DNA of 64,000 nt, from the IMG/VR virus record IMGVR_UViG_3300031993_006620; one strand, 5' to 3'. The stretch comes from a virus. Taxonomy: Duplodnaviria > Heunggongvirae > Uroviricota > Caudoviricetes. Under the pieces are notes generated by a model. The model was not told the DNA's origin and did no database searches. It saw only the letters and a program-made list of their open reading frames with translations. Within the stretch, counting starts at the first letter, position 1; the number at the start of each line of letters is the position of its first letter. Made by a program: the position numbers and the translations under genes. This document shows positions 18,557-28,072 of the stretch, in pieces.

Positions 18557-19453
18557 CTAGATGAATACACGGACGATGTCCTTGAACCGGTCGGGGATTG
18601 CCTTGCGCACCGCCTTGACGATGTGTTCCCTGCTGTACTTCATGGAGAAGTGGTTCAGGACGATGCACTCGCACTTCACGTCGTCGCCGAGCTGGGTGAG
18701 CGCGTACTCGATGTCGGACAGGTGGGTGTGACCCTTCTTCAGGGCCATGTCCCTGTCCTCCCAGTCGACGAACGTGCATTCGGTGACGAGCACCCTGGAC
18801 TTGAACGCTTCGGGCCTCATCAGGAGCGTCGAGCCGATGCAGTCGCCCATGAACGTGATGAGCGGCGAACGCACCGTGTTGGTGATGTCGACATTCTGCC
18901 GCTTCAGCTCGACGATCTCCTGAGTGGACATTCCGACGAACTCGTCCTTGAGCTTCTTCTTCTCGAGGCTCACCGTGTAGCCGAACGCAGGCACGTAGTG
19001 CTTGACGGGGAACGCCTCGACCACGATGTCGTGCCTGTGCGGGAGCCGGAACGGTTCACCGCTCTTCACGGGGACGAAAACCGGGGGAACGTACTTGCTC
19101 GGGGACACGCCCTCGAACATAGCCTCGGCCTTGGCCATCGCCAGCGCGTTGCCGACAATATCCTCGGACATGTAGTAGGTCGCGTCCTTTCCCATACCCG
19201 TCATCTTCCTGAGGTTGTCGTGACGCATGAGGCAACGCGTATGGTCGCCGTGAGCGTGGGTCAGGAGGACGTGGTTGATGGGGAGGGATCCGATCGGGCA
19301 TTCGCCCATGTCGACCGCGATGTCGAGTTCGGGAACCCGCATGTGGGTAGCGAGACCGGATATAGAGATGCCGGTAAGCGTGCCGACGGGGATGGGCATT
19401 GAGACCGTCCGGATGTAGTCGGTAAGGGAAGCGTCCCTTTTCTTGTTTGCCAT
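18557..19453 (-). CDS. RNase Z / ElaC-like metallo-beta-lactamase-fold ribonuclease (298 aa)
   Basis: HxHxDH motif (LLTHAHGDH) plus C-terminal HFSxKY (VLNHFSMKYS), typical of tRNase Z. Confidence 0.7.
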   Translation of the reverse strand: MANKKRDASLTDYIRTVSMPIPVGTLTGISISGLATHMRVPELDIAVDMGECPIGSLPINHVLLTHAHGDHTRCLMRHDNLRKMTGMGKDATYYMSEDIVGNALAMAKAEAMFEGVSPSKYVPPVFVPVKSGEPFRLPHRHDIVVEAFPVKHYVPAFGYTVSLEKKKLKDEFVGMSTQEIVELKRQNVDITNTVRSPLITFMGDCIGSTLLMRPEAFKSRVLVTECTFVDWEDRDMALKKGHTHLSDIEYALTQLGDDVKCECIVLNHFSMKYSREHIVKAVRKAIPDRFKDIVRVFI

Positions 19454-19521
19454 TGTCTACCTCCTTGTTGGTCGACTTGTTGATTGTTACGGGGAGGAGC
19501 CCCGGTGTGTTTCATTCCATT

Positions 19522-19935
19522 TTAGTTGGTTTCGGCATATACTTCGTCAGGGTGCTTGCCGTATTTCAACTCCTGCTCGAACGAAATGTTCTCCTCATTG
19601 ATGGGCTTCGCCATTTCGGGCGGAATGTAGTCCACATTGAAGATGTAGACCTTTGTCTTGCATTCGTAGAGCTGGTCTGCGGTGTTGGGGAGCGAACTCC
19701 ACATGAACTGGGTCATTCCTTCGGCCTGGAATACGCATCCTGGATGGTATTTCTGGTCCGGATTCTTCACGTGGACATGCCAGTTCGGGAGAGCGGCGTC
19801 GTTGCACTCCACATTGGACTTGGCACACCGGATAAGGTAATTCAAATCCGGGTGGATCGACTGGTACAAGGTGACTTTGCCCTTACCGTTTTTGGTAAGA
19901 TTCTTTTCGTGACTGATTCGCCTGAACAGGTACAT
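19522..19935 (-). CDS. hypothetical protein (137 aa)
   Basis: Motif copy upstream of the start. Confidence 0.55.
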   Translation of the reverse strand: MYLFRRISHEKNLTKNGKGKVTLYQSIHPDLNYLIRCAKSNVECNDAALPNWHVHVKNPDQKYHPGCVFQAEGMTQFMWSSLPNTADQLYECKTKVYIFNVDYIPPEMAKPINEENISFEQELKYGKHPDEVYAETN

Positions 19936-19949
19936 AGTTGATGATCCTT

Positions 19950-21345
19950 AGTTGACGACAAAATTATAAAATTTTTTCGCGTCAACTACCCACGCCCTAA
20001 AGGGCGTGAGCTTGTACGGCTCCCGTTGTTACCGCAGGGAGGCTTATGTACGATTGGGCGGTTGACATACACCCTGCCTTCCAAGTTCTCAATGCACCAT
20101 CAAGGGGCGTCTTGAACGAGGAAGGATGTTTGCTCTTCCGAGCTATATTGATTGCGGCATTCCAGTCGGCATCCAGGACAGTACCGTTCTTGCAATAGAA
20201 TCTACGATTCTTGCGAGTACCTTCCTTCTTGCCGGTGGTGCAATCTGTTTGGCTTGTCATGAACGGAGAAACCGTTTCCACTGTCTTACCGTACAGCGGT
20301 GCCTTGTATGACAAGATTTGCTTGAACTTGTAGAATGGAATTTGGTACATCCTACGATTATGGGATTTCCGTTTGAATCCCTCTTTAGACTTTGAAGTCT
20401 TCTGCTTAATTCCGCTTAAATCTTCCATTACGATAATGGAAGCCGCTGTGCTTTGAATTACCGCATTGGCAATCTTTCTGCACATATCGGTAGACTGGTT
20501 ATGTTCCTTGATGGATAGCTTACGAAAATGCCTATGAGCTGACTTGGTTCCTTTCTTCTGCAAGCATCGTTTCAAGTAACGTAGTTTGCGTTTACGCTTG
20601 TTATATTCCTTGTCATGGAACATGATGCCATCGGAGGAAATTGCGAAACGGCGTTCGCCCATATCCAATCCGATGCAGTTGTCATCATATAGAGGTACAT
20701 CGGGAACATTGAATGTTATCGAAAGGAAGAAACGCCCATTTCGCATGAAAATCAACGGGTCGGCGGTGGTATATTGCACAAACAGCGACTCCAGCCTGTC
20801 ATAGCCGACAATATCCGCTACGGCTCTTTTGCAAGCCTTGCCGGAGCACAATGCAATGCTCTTGCGATTGAACTTGGAATACAGCCGCTTGTCCAGCCTC
20901 ATTGATAGACCATGCTTTTCTGGTATTTTGTGCTTCTTATGACCGTTGCTCTTGATGGAACGAAATGCCGATATACATTCCTTGTATATTTTGATTACGG
21001 CTTGGCTTGGAATTGTTGGATATTCTTCTCGGAGAATATCATACACGGCTTTATGGACTGAACGCAAGTCTATATGGACATTGTTGGAATCTAATATGTT
21101 AGCACACTTGTTATAGGCTTCCCTGGACAATGCAAGAAGACTAGACCAGTATTCGTGGTCTTCCTTGGTACGGAACCGTATCTCTGCATTGTAGGTCAGT
21201 TCTACCATATAACTTTCACCCGTGTTCACCTATAAGTTTAGATAATTTCGGTTTGCAAAGCAAGTATTTTAGGCACAATATTGGAATAAATTGTTCCCAA
21301 AGTGTTCTCGTGGGCATTCCTATGCCGCCCTAAAGGGACGGCATC
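19950..21345 (-). mobile_element. IS200/IS605-family (IS1341-like) element carrying only tnpB
   Basis: Lower GC than flanks. Subterminal hairpins CACGCCCTAAAGGGCGTG at 19991-20008 and GCCGCCCTAAAGGGACGGC at 21324-21343, plus palindrome AGTTGACG..CGTCAACT at 19950-19987. Inserted between two motif-bearing genes. Confidence 0.6.
19997..21229 (-). CDS. tnpB: TnpB (IS605 OrfB-family RuvC-like RNA-guided nuclease), 410 aa
   Basis: RuvC-I CIGLDMGE, RuvC-II IVMEDL, Zn-finger Cys pairs, and RuvC-III CKNGTVLDADWNAAINIARK. Confidence 0.8.
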   Translation of the reverse strand: MNTGESYMVELTYNAEIRFRTKEDHEYWSSLLALSREAYNKCANILDSNNVHIDLRSVHKAVYDILREEYPTIPSQAVIKIYKECISAFRSIKSNGHKKHKIPEKHGLSMRLDKRLYSKFNRKSIALCSGKACKRAVADIVGYDRLESLFVQYTTADPLIFMRNGRFFLSITFNVPDVPLYDDNCIGLDMGERRFAISSDGIMFHDKEYNKRKRKLRYLKRCLQKKGTKSAHRHFRKLSIKEHNQSTDMCRKIANAVIQSTAASIIVMEDLSGIKQKTSKSKEGFKRKSHNRRMYQIPFYKFKQILSYKAPLYGKTVETVSPFMTSQTDCTTGKKEGTRKNRRFYCKNGTVLDADWNAAINIARKSKHPSSFKTPLDGALRTWKAGCMSTAQSYISLPAVTTGAVQAHAL

Positions 21346-21388
21346 TTCCTACCCACTCTTTCCGTGAATGTGATGATCGCCGATGAAC

Positions 21389-21709
21389 TTACCGTACTTC
21401 ACGTCTCGCCTCCTTGGCAATCGCCTCATTGATTCGCTTCTCCATCGTGCCGAGTAGGTAGTCGGCCACCTTCCCGCATCGCAACGGCGTCATGACCTTA
21501 CGGACGAGGATGGTGTGGTATGCGATAGTGTAGACGCCTGCAATACACACCGCGCCAACGAACGCGCCTTCACTTACACGATTGAAGATGCAGACTGCAC
21601 CGGCGATTGCGAGCGGCAACACGTACAGGACTGCCCATATCACATAGTACAGCGAGATGAAGGCGAAGCACAGGATAATGTGCAGGATGAGTTTCGGTGT
21701 GTATTTCAT
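21389..21709 (-). CDS. small membrane protein (106 aa)
   Basis: Three hydrophobic helices; motif copy upstream. Confidence 0.55.
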   Translation of the reverse strand: MKYTPKLILHIILCFAFISLYYVIWAVLYVLPLAIAGAVCIFNRVSEGAFVGAVCIAGVYTIAYHTILVRKVMTPLRCGKVADYLLGTMEKRINEAIAKEARREVR

Positions 21710-21758
21710 ATGGCTCCTTTGTTATGCACGGAAGATGCTCCCCGAGGGGAGCCCCGGA

Positions 21759-22334
21759 CTATTCGTCGGCCTTGGCCAGTGTCTGGTGCTCGCCTGTGTT
21801 GTAGCTCAGGAAGACGTCGGACGGGATGTTGATGCTGCGGATCGGTGACTGGTCGACCTTCTGGTCGTAGACCACCTTCACCGGGCCGGACACGAATCCG
21901 AACGATTCGTATTCGCGATCGAATACGAGCGTGACGCCGATGCTTTTGAGCGTATTGAACAACGTGTCGGCGGCGGCCTTCGCCACTTCGAACTTGTCGT
22001 CGGCGAGCTTGTCGAGCGCATCGTTCTCGAACAGGTCTTCGGGGATGTTGTTTTGGCGCACCGCCTCGACGGTCTCGCCGTTGGCGTGCCGGACGACCCT
22101 GACGTACACTTCGTCACCGGTGGCGGGCAGCTTCGCGATGCTGGCGATCAGCTCGTTCGCCGCCTTGATCTGGTTCTTGTCGAGGTAGTCCTTCACCTTC
22201 TTCTTCGCCTCGAACAACTTTACGTATTCCTTGGCTCGTTCGATCCCGCCGTCTATGCCGTCCTTGATGAGAAGGTTGAATGCGGCGTCAAACCCGCGCT
22301 TGAAAATAGTTTCTAAGAACTGCTTCTTCTTCAT
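21759..22334 (-). CDS. hypothetical protein (191 aa)
   Basis: Start MKKKQFLE after a motif copy; ORF-track N-terminus trimmed. Confidence 0.55.
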   Translation of the reverse strand: MKKKQFLETIFKRGFDAAFNLLIKDGIDGGIERAKEYVKLFEAKKKVKDYLDKNQIKAANELIASIAKLPATGDEVYVRVVRHANGETVEAVRQNNIPEDLFENDALDKLADDKFEVAKAAADTLFNTLKSIGVTLVFDREYESFGFVSGPVKVVYDQKVDQSPIRSINIPSDVFLSYNTGEHQTLAKADE

Positions 22335-22458
22335 TTTATTCCCTCTTGCTGAATTGTTATACATCGGGATGCCGTCAAAGGGGAGCCCCGGAATGATAAA
22401 AATAAAAGGGGGACGGCCCACCCGACCGCCCCCAGTCCACCCAAGCGAGTATTCCTGA

Positions 22459-22875
22459 CTACCCCGCCACCCAGACGAGGTTGCCCTTTTCCTTGCCGAC
22501 GAGGTGCGGGCGGAACTTCTTGTACACGGCGGTCGTCTTGAAGGTTTCGCCCGTCTTGGACAGCTCGAACACCTTGTTGAACGGGATGCCCCACACGATG
22601 CGGTTGCCCTTCACCTTGGCCTTGGCCGGAATCTTCAGCTTCTTCAGCTTGTCCTGGATGCGCTTCACGGCGGCGATCAGGCCGTCGAGCGCCGGACGGG
22701 CGGTGAGCTTCGGGACGCGGTTCGCCTTGTCGCAGACGAGCTTGAGGTCGACCTTGCGGTCTTCGTACTTGGCGTTCTTCAGTTCGAAGTTGAGAGCCTT
22801 GACTTCGGCCGGGAACAGTCGCTTGATGACTGCCGGTTTGATGGTGAGGGTTTCCTTGATGTATGTCTTGGCCAT
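22459..22875 (-). CDS. hypothetical basic protein (138 aa)
   Basis: Motif copy upstream. Confidence 0.55.
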   Translation of the reverse strand: MAKTYIKETLTIKPAVIKRLFPAEVKALNFELKNAKYEDRKVDLKLVCDKANRVPKLTARPALDGLIAAVKRIQDKLKKLKIPAKAKVKGNRIVWGIPFNKVFELSKTGETFKTTAVYKKFRPHLVGKEKGNLVWVAG

Positions 22876-22950
22876 ATGGGCCTCCTTTTTGTTTGTTGGG
22901 TTGTTGGTTTGTTGCGCTTTCCGGATATCGGGCCGGGGGAGCCCCGGCGT

Positions 22951-23580
22951 CTATCCGTTGTGCTGGAAATCGATTATGCGTTCGAGAATCTTGGACTGGA
23001 AGGTGCTGGCGAACACGGGAATCTCGCCGCTGAACAGCACTCCCCAGTAATGAGACGTGCTCGAAAAGGCCGACAAGATTATCGAGCATCCGGCGTCGGT
23101 GGTCGATACCTTGACCTTTACGCGGATGCTGACCGACCCGTGTCCGGGCTGGGTATGGAAGTTGGTCGTGAACACGACGGTGCGGTCGCCGTCAACTTCG
23201 CAGGAGCCGTCGAGGAGTACGAGGTCGCAGTTAGTGTCCTCAAGAATGGCCTTCTTGACGCGCTCCGAGTATGCGGTGGCGGCAACAGCGCCAGCCTCGT
23301 TGATGACGCCGAGAATCTTGTCCACGACCCTCTGGATGCCGGAGGTGATGTTGCCGGAATCGAGCTCGTAGGAGATTTGACCAGCACGGGTAATGGTTCC
23401 CGCGTCGCGGATCCACAGGGGGGCGTCGGTCTTCTGCGAGATGTGGTGGCCGTCGAAGTAGAGGTCTCCGTCCTGTATGATGCAGGGCGTCCCGTCGATA
23501 ATGAGGAGCTGCCCACGGCGTGTTCCCCCGCCGTTTCCCACACCCTCGTAGTTGTTCACGTTGATGGCAGATTTTGACAT
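22951..23580 (-). CDS. hypothetical protein (209 aa)
   Basis: Start MSKSAINV after an AAGGAG RBS. Confidence 0.55.
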   Translation of the reverse strand: MSKSAINVNNYEGVGNGGGTRRGQLLIIDGTPCIIQDGDLYFDGHHISQKTDAPLWIRDAGTITRAGQISYELDSGNITSGIQRVVDKILGVINEAGAVAATAYSERVKKAILEDTNCDLVLLDGSCEVDGDRTVVFTTNFHTQPGHGSVSIRVKVKVSTTDAGCSIILSAFSSTSHYWGVLFSGEIPVFASTFQSKILERIIDFQHNG

Positions 23581-23603
23581 AAAATTCTCCTTAGTTAATG
23601 GTG

Positions 23604-23942
23604 CTACCTTATGTTGAGCGCCTTGCGGTTCGCTTTGGTGTCCACGAAGCGGACGCAATGGTATATTCCTTTCTTGGGCTGCTCCCTGTACGGGATCAGC
23701 TTCACGCCGTCCTTGGCCGCCTGCTTCGCGGCCTCCACGTCGCTCTTGTAGATACCGAGCTCGTCGAGCCTTTCGATGTGGACGGAATGCTCGGGGAAGA
23801 AACCCCCGGTGAACTTGCCGTACCCGCGCAGTCCCTGCTTGCCCCACTCGGCGATCACCGCTTCGCGGGCTTCCTTGTCGGTCTTTACGCCGTAGACGGC
23901 CTTGGCCGCCTCGATGACCTTCTGCTCGATCTTGTCCGCCAT
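23604..23942 (-). CDS. hypothetical protein (112 aa)
   Basis: GGAGGAGG RBS. Confidence 0.55.
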   Translation of the reverse strand: MADKIEQKVIEAAKAVYGVKTDKEAREAVIAEWGKQGLRGYGKFTGGFFPEHSVHIERLDELGIYKSDVEAAKQAAKDGVKLIPYREQPKKGIYHCVRFVDTKANRKALNIR

Positions 23943-23951
23943 GCCTCCTCC

Positions 23952-24296
23952 CTATGCGTTCTGTTTGATTGCCTCGTTGACGGACTTGCCGAGTTCGGCC
24001 CACCAGTCCGGGACGTCCTCGGTCCCACGGACTTCGACTTCGTCGGGATAGTAGTGGCTGATGGTAAGCAGGCTGGGGCAGTCCGAGATGAAGTCGTCGG
24101 AGTTCTGTCCTTCCGATCCGGCCTCGAAGGACACGCCTACCGGGATTACCTCAATGAACTCTTCGTTGGCGATCAGGTTGCATCCGGCCTTGGCGACGAG
24201 CTCATTTGCCTGCTCCATCAGCTTCTTCGCCTGCAGGATGAGCGCGAGTCGTTCCTCGTTCGTCTGAACAGTGGCGGTGGTATCTTCAGTTGCCAT
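23952..24296 (-). CDS. hypothetical acidic protein (114 aa)
   Basis: Start MATEDTT after a GGAGG RBS and a motif copy. The ORF-track N-terminal extension MSPGLP... is a translation of the hairpin. Confidence 0.5.
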   Translation of the reverse strand: MATEDTTATVQTNEERLALILQAKKLMEQANELVAKAGCNLIANEEFIEVIPVGVSFEAGSEGQNSDDFISDCPSLLTISHYYPDEVEVRGTEDVPDWWAELGKSVNEAIKQNA

Positions 24297-24405
24297 TGTG
24301 AACCTCCTGAGATGGCTTGTTTGCACAGGTAGAATGGGTGGCCGGGGGAGCCCCGGACTCATTCGTTGGTGCTGGTGGCGTCTATAATCCGCGCCGTGGA
24401 AGTGA

Positions 24406-25412
24406 TTTCGAACCCCATGCGTATGGGGAGTATAATTATCGGCCAGTATTCGATGATCCGCTTTGTTTCAAACCCCATGCGTATGGGGAGTATTCGTCTT
24501 GTTGTGATTGAAGATGAACTGGACTATTTTCGATCCCCACACGTATGGGGAGTATATCAGCCTCACCACGAACCAACTGTACATGCGTATTTCGATCCCC
24601 ACACGTATGGGGAGTATATAAGCAATGACTGCCGGATGCCCTTATACAATTTCGATCCCCACACGTATGGGGAGTATCGACTTCTTAGACACGTCAGCAA
24701 GCTTCTTGGTTTCGATCCCCACACGTATGGGGAGTATCGTACCATTCTTCTTGACTAGGAACTCGTTCATGTTTCGATCCCCACACGTATGGGGAGTATA
24801 GCACAGGACTCGTGTCGCCTGCGGTGTAGTAGTTTCGATCCCCACACGTATGGGGAGTATAAATTAGCGGTGGGCAGCGAGCAGGCGTGCCGTTTCGATC
24901 CCCACACGTATGGGGAGTATATAAAGGTGCTTGCAGCAATAACATTAGCAGTTTTTCGATCCCCACACGTATGGGGAGTATCACCATTGTTTAGTTTTAC
25001 CTCTGCTCATAAAGTTTCGATCCCCACACGTATGGGGAGTATTCTTGCAACTTGCTCTCTATGGCGTGATCACTATTTCGATCCCCACACGTATGGGGAG
25101 TATCGCGAGGTCGCTGATTGCATCCTGCTTGGCGTTTTTCGATCCCCACACGTATGGGGAGTATAAGGGATGGGCCGGATGCCTTTTAGGGTGGCGTTTT
25201 CGATCCCCACACGTATGGGGAGTATCATCCAGAACAAGCCGACGGAGAAGCCGATTGTATTTCGATCCCCACACGTATGGGGAGTATTTACAATGTCGAC
25301 CAACGTCCCGACCTCAGTGCAGTTTCGATCCCCACACGTATGGGGAGTATTCCGAGCTGAAGGCTGTACGTCTTGCGCACGATATTTCGATCCCCACACG
25401 TATGGGGAGTAT
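24406..25412 (-). CRISPR. CRISPR array, 17 repeats of 28 nt with 16 spacers of 32-35 nt
   Basis: Plus-strand repeat TTTCGATCCCCACACGTATGGGGAGTAT; minus-strand read ATACTCCCCATACGTGTGGGGATCGAAA, containing a 5-bp stem. The two leader-distal repeats (24406, 24466) are degenerate. Confidence 0.95.
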
Positions 25413-25633
25413 CGAGGTTTTTTGCTAAAAAACGGCAATTTCGGGGATAATTCCGTGTTTAGAATCTTTTACAATTGAAAAAGTTACTTTATTTTTCAGC
25501 AAAAGTTCTTGCAAATATGAAACAATAGAGCTGTTGGCCATTGTTGCATAAACTCCGTTTGAAATTTTTGCTGTATAGTGCTGTAAAGCCCCAGACAGTT
25601 TTGGTGGTATCGAATGTTGAATTACAAAAATTG
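25413..25633 (-). promoter_or_regulatory. AT-rich CRISPR leader between cas1 and the first repeat
   Basis: About 220 bp and strongly AT-rich against a 60% GC background. Adjacent to the conserved (youngest) end of the array. Confidence 0.5.
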
Positions 25634-26464
25634 TCATAACCGTTTTTGAAATAGTTCAGTCAACAAATTGGTAAAGTTAGCGGTTACGTTAACATCACTA
25701 AGCCGCCTGGACAAGTCTGCCAGCAATTCACTTAGGTCGACTTCGTTATGCGTAGATACATAATTCATCGCTACTGGAATCGAAGTAGAAGTCTTTATTG
25801 TATCGGCAATATCATATGATAATGGGGTTGCTCCCGACCCGTGGATGATACCAAACTGCGGTAGATACCCCATTCCAGAGATACACGCGGTTGCGATTCC
25901 ATATAAAGCCATGTTGCATATGGTAATCGCGAAATTCATTTTATCGTCTGGGTCCATCTTTGAAGTCTGCGGGACACGACCATTCCATTTCAGTCCATAT
26001 TGCTTAGCGATCGCCTCGTATTGACGTTTCATGAAATTGGCTTCGAGCAAAAGCAACTCTTTTACATTGTCCGTGTCTTTGTAAGAAATCGACCGAACAA
26101 ATAAAAGTTTTTTCCATAGCGATATCCGATGATTCATAGTTCGATCAATTTGGGTTTTTGCATTTGCCATACTGCTGTTTGCGTTCAACCCAACCGTGTA
26201 CATACTCATACCACGCTTGCCGCACCATAATACCGTTGTGCCACAGTCTGACAGCATCTTAATTGCGTCTCGACTAATGCTTGTTCCAGCACCCAACAAT
26301 AGACAGGTATATGCAGATGGGCATAAACTGTTTCGGCTCGGCGTTGGTTTAGTGGTTGACACAATCAAATTGTTGTCTTTAACGTATAAAGCCGATTTTT
26401 CAATATACTGAAATCCTAGTCTGGATTCCATCCGCACAAGCGGAATGTTGTCTACATTTAGCAT
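25634..26464 (-). CDS. cas1: Cas1 integrase (276 aa), type I-E/I-F-like
   Basis: Strong similarity to E. coli Cas1 in the blocks YEAIAKQYGLKWNGR and LYGIATACISGMGYLPQFGIIHGSGATPLSYDIADTIK, including the catalytic E/H/D positions. Confidence 0.85.
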   Translation of the reverse strand: MLNVDNIPLVRMESRLGFQYIEKSALYVKDNNLIVSTTKPTPSRNSLCPSAYTCLLLGAGTSISRDAIKMLSDCGTTVLWCGKRGMSMYTVGLNANSSMANAKTQIDRTMNHRISLWKKLLFVRSISYKDTDNVKELLLLEANFMKRQYEAIAKQYGLKWNGRVPQTSKMDPDDKMNFAITICNMALYGIATACISGMGYLPQFGIIHGSGATPLSYDIADTIKTSTSIPVAMNYVSTHNEVDLSELLADLSRRLSDVNVTANFTNLLTELFQKRL

Positions 26465-27000
26465 TTAGGCAACAGTCTCACCATACCAAGGCCAAGGTAT
26501 TTCATACGACCGACTCGGCTCAGCAAGAGGCGTTCCAGATTGGCGGTATCGGTGACTTTCCATTCTCCAACCACTTCGCAGATGGGGAAGCTCTTGATTC
26601 CGTGGACATCGTCAACGCCCTGGCCTCGATAAGAACAGCGAGGCGTATCAACCGGTGCTAAGCCAAATTCGCCAAACCGTCTGGTAACGTAAGCGACCAT
26701 AGCTGCATCGTCGACACGTTGGTTTGCCAAAACCGGAAGCATCGTCCCGTTCTTGCGCTTAACAGCCGCGATGCGCACGGCGAGTCGTACCGTAGTCAAC
26801 CCTTCCAAATCAAGTTCGCAAGTAGCGACCCCGGCCATCTTGGGCTTGGTATTGGACTGGATGATAATGCTGTCGCCTTGAATAAGGAACGGCGGACATG
26901 GCTTGCTTTCATCAGCGTCGTGCATAACCTTGTGGACGATCTGATGTGCTTGGTTTAGTGAGTCAATGGCCACATTGTCAAGAATGGTTTTGTAAATCAT
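26458..27000 (-). CDS. cas6: Cas6e/Cas6f-like crRNA endoribonuclease (180 aa)
   Basis: Size, position next to cas1, and a C-terminal glycine-rich loop GRMKYLGLGMVRLLP like Cas6e ...MGCGLLSLAPL. Start MIYKT after a motif variant (GGGAAACCCGG). Confidence 0.55.
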   Translation of the reverse strand: MIYKTILDNVAIDSLNQAHQIVHKVMHDADESKPCPPFLIQGDSIIIQSNTKPKMAGVATCELDLEGLTTVRLAVRIAAVKRKNGTMLPVLANQRVDDAAMVAYVTRRFGEFGLAPVDTPRCSYRGQGVDDVHGIKSFPICEVVGEWKVTDTANLERLLLSRVGRMKYLGLGMVRLLPKC

Positions 27001-27074
27001 ATTAACCTCGCTGTGCGCTGTATGGATGATTGGATAAGGGAAACCCGGCCGACATTGTGTCAGTCGGGATTCTG

Positions 27075-28061
27075 TTATTCGAACGGTACAGGAAGCGTCT
27101 CGTTGTGTTCGTCCCAGTTGCAGACCGTCTCGCGCCAATTCGCAAAGTCGGTCTTACCGTCTTTATCAGCCGGATAGAGAGAACCACCATCAAGAAGGGT
27201 CGCCATTTCCGGTCCGGCGAGAAGCATTTCTGCTTCCTCGGCGGTAACTTGAAGGAAAATCATACCGCTTGCAATCCAAGTGCGTTCCGGGGTTCCGTGT
27301 ACGGAAACCGGAGCACCCCAGCTTTTCAGTTCGGCATATCTGCCCCACGTTTCGCCACGGAAGATGGATCCGCTGACCACACCTCGAACCACCGGGTCGA
27401 CCAAGTCGCGTTCGGTCACGGTTACATTCGGTATATCGGCAAAGAAGTCAAGCACGTCTTTGTTTCCGTTCTTATACTGTTCGCGGAGTTCGGTCAGGGT
27501 TTCGAGTACATTCAATCGGTACTTGTAGTTGCTGCCGATGACTTTGGCGCACATCTGGTCGAACATATTGTATGTTTCGTAACCCCAGACTGTCGGAAGC
27601 GTATCGTGGCTCGGACAAGCTCGGATCAGCTCGTGGGCAACTCCGTCGATGACTAGCTTGGCAGATGTCTTCTGTTGCTTTACAGAAAGATCTGTGCTGT
27701 TCATACTATACATCGACAGTTTTGCCGTCTGCATAATGCTTTGGTTATCGGGAACCGTGTCAATACGGACGCGAGCGCGTTTGGCGATATCGACATATTT
27801 CGCGAAACCATCGTAATCGGCGAGCGGGGAATGCTTGCGCTTGGTGGGAATCGGACGGTCGCCGCAGAGTACCGCGATTGCGTTAGCTACGCAGTGCAGC
27901 GGCAACGTGTCATCCGGACATACGGTGCGGTCGTTTTCGGAAGCCGCACGGAAGCCACCAAATTCAAACATTGTGTGTTCGCCTTGCAAAAGATTTCCCT
28001 TTGCCGTAGTGTGGATGAAACGCTTGGTACTGTCAAATTTCAACGCAATCTGGTACATCAT
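27075..28061 (-). CDS. candidate Cascade subunit (328 aa), Cas5-like by synteny only
   Basis: Located between cas7-like and cas6. Size matches Cas5f/Cas5fv; no sequence motif recognised. Confidence 0.35.
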   Translation of the reverse strand: MMYQIALKFDSTKRFIHTTAKGNLLQGEHTMFEFGGFRAASENDRTVCPDDTLPLHCVANAIAVLCGDRPIPTKRKHSPLADYDGFAKYVDIAKRARVRIDTVPDNQSIMQTAKLSMYSMNSTDLSVKQQKTSAKLVIDGVAHELIRACPSHDTLPTVWGYETYNMFDQMCAKVIGSNYKYRLNVLETLTELREQYKNGNKDVLDFFADIPNVTVTERDLVDPVVRGVVSGSIFRGETWGRYAELKSWGAPVSVHGTPERTWIASGMIFLQVTAEEAEMLLAGPEMATLLDGGSLYPADKDGKTDFANWRETVCNWDEHNETLPVPFE

Positions 28062-28072
28062 TGGTCAACTCC

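Noticed and set aside
23952-24362. N-terminal extensions in the ORF track such as MSPGLP..., MPGLPGG..., ..GAPPEPHPSCTNQGG.. upstream of many starts
   Set aside because: These are simply translations of the conserved hairpin-box element, which lacks stop codons in that frame. Real starts are the ATGs immediately after the AAGGAG box.
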